Source of the DNA: Nemertoderma westbladi
Lineage: Eukaryota; Animalia; Xenacoelomorpha
Length of the DNA stretch: 64,000 bases
Reading direction: 5' to 3'
Assembly: GCA_032718475.1 (NCBI GenBank)
Contig: JAUCBJ010008016.1
Span: forward strand, 1-64,000
Shown one piece after another: positions 60,351 through 64,000 of the stretch. The position numbers were made by a program, and so were the translations under genes. Position 1 is the stretch's first letter. The number at the start of each line of letters is the position of its first letter. The notes under the pieces were generated by a model. It was not told where the DNA came from and did no database searches. It saw only the letters and a list, made by a program, of their open reading frames with translations.

Positions 60351-61321
60351 TCTGTCGATAACTTTAGTTTACTCTCTACTGTAGCCGAACAGTGAGGATT
60401 ACGATAGTTATCGTAAAAGTGAGGAGATTTAAGGCGAGGGTGAGACTAGAGACGCAGATTGTATGAATATTATAGCGGAACGTGCAAAAGGTGGAACTAA
60501 AAGCAGGCGTGAAACAGCAATAATTCTAAAACGCTCGGATTAGGCGTTTCCATGGCTACCACATTAGATGGGCAATTAATAAATACCCTAGCTTTGTTGT
60601 AAATATGGAAATTTGAAGATAAATATTTATTCACCAGTAAATATTCAAATTATGAAATCTTTACAACTTCATCTAAAGTTTTCTGATTAGAACTTCTCAT
60701 ACCCAGTGATGCAGGTGTTAAAAAAAGTGGTAGTTCTGGGAGATTTAATCACTGCAAGTGTTGGCGGGTTACAACAGTAGTTACTCTCTATTTTAAAGAA
60801 AGTGGACATACAGATAGCGTCTTAGAGAAGTGGTACTTTATGCATATTGTATTCAACCGGTTTTCGGTAGACCGACAAAAATAAGAAACACAACAAGGAA
60901 GGCAACACCATACCCCACCCGCCCCGCAACTAACATCCGCACAAATACGAAACACCATTTTCATTTGATAACATTGTTTCTATGATTTTTGATCTCTCCC
61001 ACTCCCACCACCAGTGATGCACCCATGCTACAGTACCTACCTGTTGTAGGCGGGGGTTGGTTGCTTGACCCAGAAACGATGTAGTAAATGGCTGCTTGAT
61101 TCCCAGTGATTTACATACCCGTGATAGTTTATTTAATGCGACCGTGTTTGGATGTGTTTTCAAATCGATGCGAAACAGATTGTTTTTGTATTTATTATAT
61201 CTCGTCTCGTCGAAATATCAATGTTAATTACCAATTAAGGTAATTACGTTACAGAGTCACGTAATTCTAACCAAAACAATAAACGAAAGATACAGTTTCA
61301 TATTTGTAATTCGGAATCGTT

Positions 61322-61382
61322 CGGGTCGGAATTATCCGGGTCGGAATTGTCCGGGTCGGAATTGTCCGGGTCGGAATTGTCT
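61322..61382. repeat. 15-bp tandem repeat (ccgggtcggaattgt) x4
   Basis: Directly visible. Confidence 0.85.
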
Positions 61383-62342
61383 GTACACATTTTACCTTTA
61401 CCTTTATATCAGCTGACATTTGTTCCGCCCCTCAACTGAGCTCAGACTGAGGTTTTATTAAACCGTCTGCAGTTACCCAGTCTGCCGCTAGGGAGTAAAA
61501 GTGATTAGGAGAAATCTGCTTATATTTTGCTTATAATTTTTTCGAGTTGACAATTAACATTAATTTATTTCACGTGCCTCGCGAAGGTACTTCGAGCTGT
61601 TAATGCACAATTTATATTATATTTTCCGGACCACGAAATGAGAAAGATTTACCTAAAACGTTCAGCAAAGGTTTATTGTGAGTAGCGGGAACTGCTATAT
61701 AATACAATGGAGTAACATAATAAAACGAGATGTTTTGAACTGATTGCATATTATATAGTTAATATTATATATACCGGCATTAAGTTGTATAAATAATTAC
61801 GTCAAAATTAGTTTAACGAATAAATTATAATTAAAATATTAACAAAAAAATACGATGTAACATTTTATAACTCAAACAATAACGGATCGATTTTCTACCT
61901 TTTTCAGACAAGAAACTGTCCCAAAAAAACGTTCAATAAAAACGGAGTAAAAATAATTGAATGATATAACGTTATCTGTATGAAATAAGTTGATTCCAGA
62001 AGAAATCGTAACTTCGCTATTTAACAGTTTGAAATTGTATTTTGTTCTACAAACTTTTTATTTTGAAGAGATAAATGTTAATATTCAATCGGTATTAATT
62101 GGCTCAGGTAATATGTGGGACGTTATTTGGGTCAGTTTACCCGTCTGAAAAAAAGAAGAAAAAACGTCTCAAAAAAACCTCCAAATAAAAACTGGCGACT
62201 TTCGCTAAGCCGTTTTCAACAAAACCAATTAGTAATAAATCTTAAAGATTAATGTTAAGCAACTACAAATTTACTAACAAAACACAAAAAGTAAACAATT
62301 AAGTATTAGTTGTTTCCAGTAGTAGATCATGTTTATTTCTAC

Positions 62343-62610
62343 CTGAACTATCAGCTAATTCGTCAATATCTAACTGCTGTTTGACCCCAGTGGTTGCGAT
62401 AACAGCTGGTTGGATCTCTATCAACGGCTTGATTGAGTTCGAATCACCGGCAGCGTTCATTGGAGGAGTCGGGGATCTCGTATTCAACTCGATCTTGTGA
62501 TTGGACCAATTACTTTTACTGTATTTCTTCGTCATCGAATCGGGATTGGATGAAGACGACGGGAATGCCGAACTCTTCCGAGCCGTGGTAGACAACGTCG
62601 GGGGATCGGC
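62343..62610 (-). CDS. Host gene coding exon (ADPPTLSTT...ELADSS)
   Basis: Acceptor ...gaatag, donor CAG|GTAGAA; phase 0-1, joins exon 59895 in frame. Confidence 0.68.
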
Positions 62611-63085
62611 CTATTCGAATCAATTAAACTTTAATTAAATTAAAAACATTTAAAAAATCTAATGAAATAAACTTTTATCTTAATCCCGGTTCACATATTT
62701 ACATTCGCAGTGACAGCACGGCGGATTTTCGTCACGTTTTGACTTCTCTTTAACAGCGCCCTCCGTGTTTTCGGAGCGCTGTAACCCAAACCCTATGTAA
62801 TAGGTCACCATTGCGCTCTCACAAAGCTGCCATGCGGTATTGTCACACAGCAAAGTGTATCTGTTAGCCGAACTTTGGTTCTGGCCTACTCCTATGTGAC
62901 AATCATACAGTAAGCAGGGAGGAGTTTATTAGCATGTAAATCAGCCCAGTAATTGATTCCAGCAGACTGAGGCGAGTCTTGCTGTGTCTCCTTTCTGTTT
63001 ATGATGCGAACAGGTATTCGTTGGATTGATGAGCATTAAAGACTCTCCCATTCAAAATTATAATTTGTTCCATATTTCTAATCAG

Positions 63086-64000
63086 CTTACAGCACTGCTT
63101 GTACCAGATCTGTTGCCTCTAATCCTTTCTATTACTTACCGCACTGCTTGTACCAGATCTGTTGCCTCTAATCCTTTCTATTACTTACCGCACTGCTTGT
63201 ACCAGATCTGTTGCCTCTAATCCTTTCTATTACTTACCGCACTGCTCGTACCAGATCTGTTGCCTCTAATCCTTTCTATTACTTACCGCACTACTTGTAC
63301 CAGATCGAGGGCCTCTAATCCTTTCTATTACTTACCGCACTGCTTGTACCAGATCTGTTGCCTCTAATCCTTTCTATTACTTACCGCACCGCTTGTACCA
63401 GATCTGTTGCCTCTAATCCTTTCTATTACTTACCGCACCGCTTGTACCAGATCTGTTGCTTCTAATCCTTTCTATTACTTACCGCACTACTTGTACCAGA
63501 TCTGTTGCCTCTAATCCTTTCTATTACTTACCGCACTGCTTGTACCAGATCTGTTGCCTCTAATCCTTTCTATTACTTACCGCACTGCTTGTACCAGATC
63601 TGTTGCCTCTAATCCTTTCTATTACTTACCGCACTACTTGTACCAGATCTGTTGCCTCTAATCCTTTCTATCACTTACCGCACTGCTTGTACCAGATCTG
63701 TTGCATCTAATCCTTTCTATTACTTACCGCACTGCTTGTACCAGATCTGTTGCCTCTAATCCTTTCTATTACTTACCGCACTGATTGCACCAGATCTGTT
63801 GCATCTAATCCTCTCTATTACTTACCGCACTGCTTGTACCAGATCTGTTGCCTCTAATCCTTTCTATTACTTACCACATTGCTTGTACCAGATCTGTTGC
63901 CTCTAATCCTTTCTATTACTTACCGCACTGCTTGTACCAGATCTGTTGCCTCTAATCCTTTCTATTACTTACCGCACTGATTGCACCAGATCTGTTGCAT
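63086..64000. repeat. 49-bp tandem array (more than 18 copies, runs off the window)
   Basis: Unit cactgcttgtaccagatctgttgcctctaatcctttctattacttaccg; the minus strand has GCG|GTAAGT in each unit. Confidence 0.97.

Noticed and set aside
61395-61490. Extra host exon (tag acceptor and GTAAAG donor on the minus strand)
   Set aside because: All three frames contain stops.

Overview
Eukaryotic (probably invertebrate animal) genomic DNA, not prokaryotic. A minus-strand, intron-rich host gene of unknown identity (four exons recognised) has introns filled with repeats. From left to right: (1) a non-autonomous Gag-protease-only BEL/Pao-type LTR element (1-7658, minus strand, runs off the window); (2) a ~12.1-kb 56/51-bp tandem array (7659-19800); (3) an L2/CR1-group LINE (~20356-43336) interrupted by a full-length BEL/Pao LTR retrotransposon (24960-39365, TSD TAAAC) whose extra ORF3 encodes a DEDDy-like exonuclease plus zinc knuckles, followed by a 3.5-kb tandem duplication that adds a third LTR; (4) a second, complete non-autonomous BEL-type element (47533-58364, apparently identical LTRs, TSD ATTTG) with orphan cargo ORFs; (5) a 49-bp tandem array at the right end. 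The strongest unexpected signals are these. All three BEL-type elements lack a TGG tRNA primer-binding site; instead the sequence at the PBS position is complementary to a segment inside the element's own LTR and co-varies with it, which suggests Tf1-like self-priming. The autonomous LTR holds an array of kink-turn/UUCG hairpins, and a GNRA hairpin recurs in the LTR, gag, pol and ORF3. Both intronic tandem arrays are amplified exon-end/GTAAGT splice-donor units. All calls come from reading the sequence by eye; no searches or folding programs were run.
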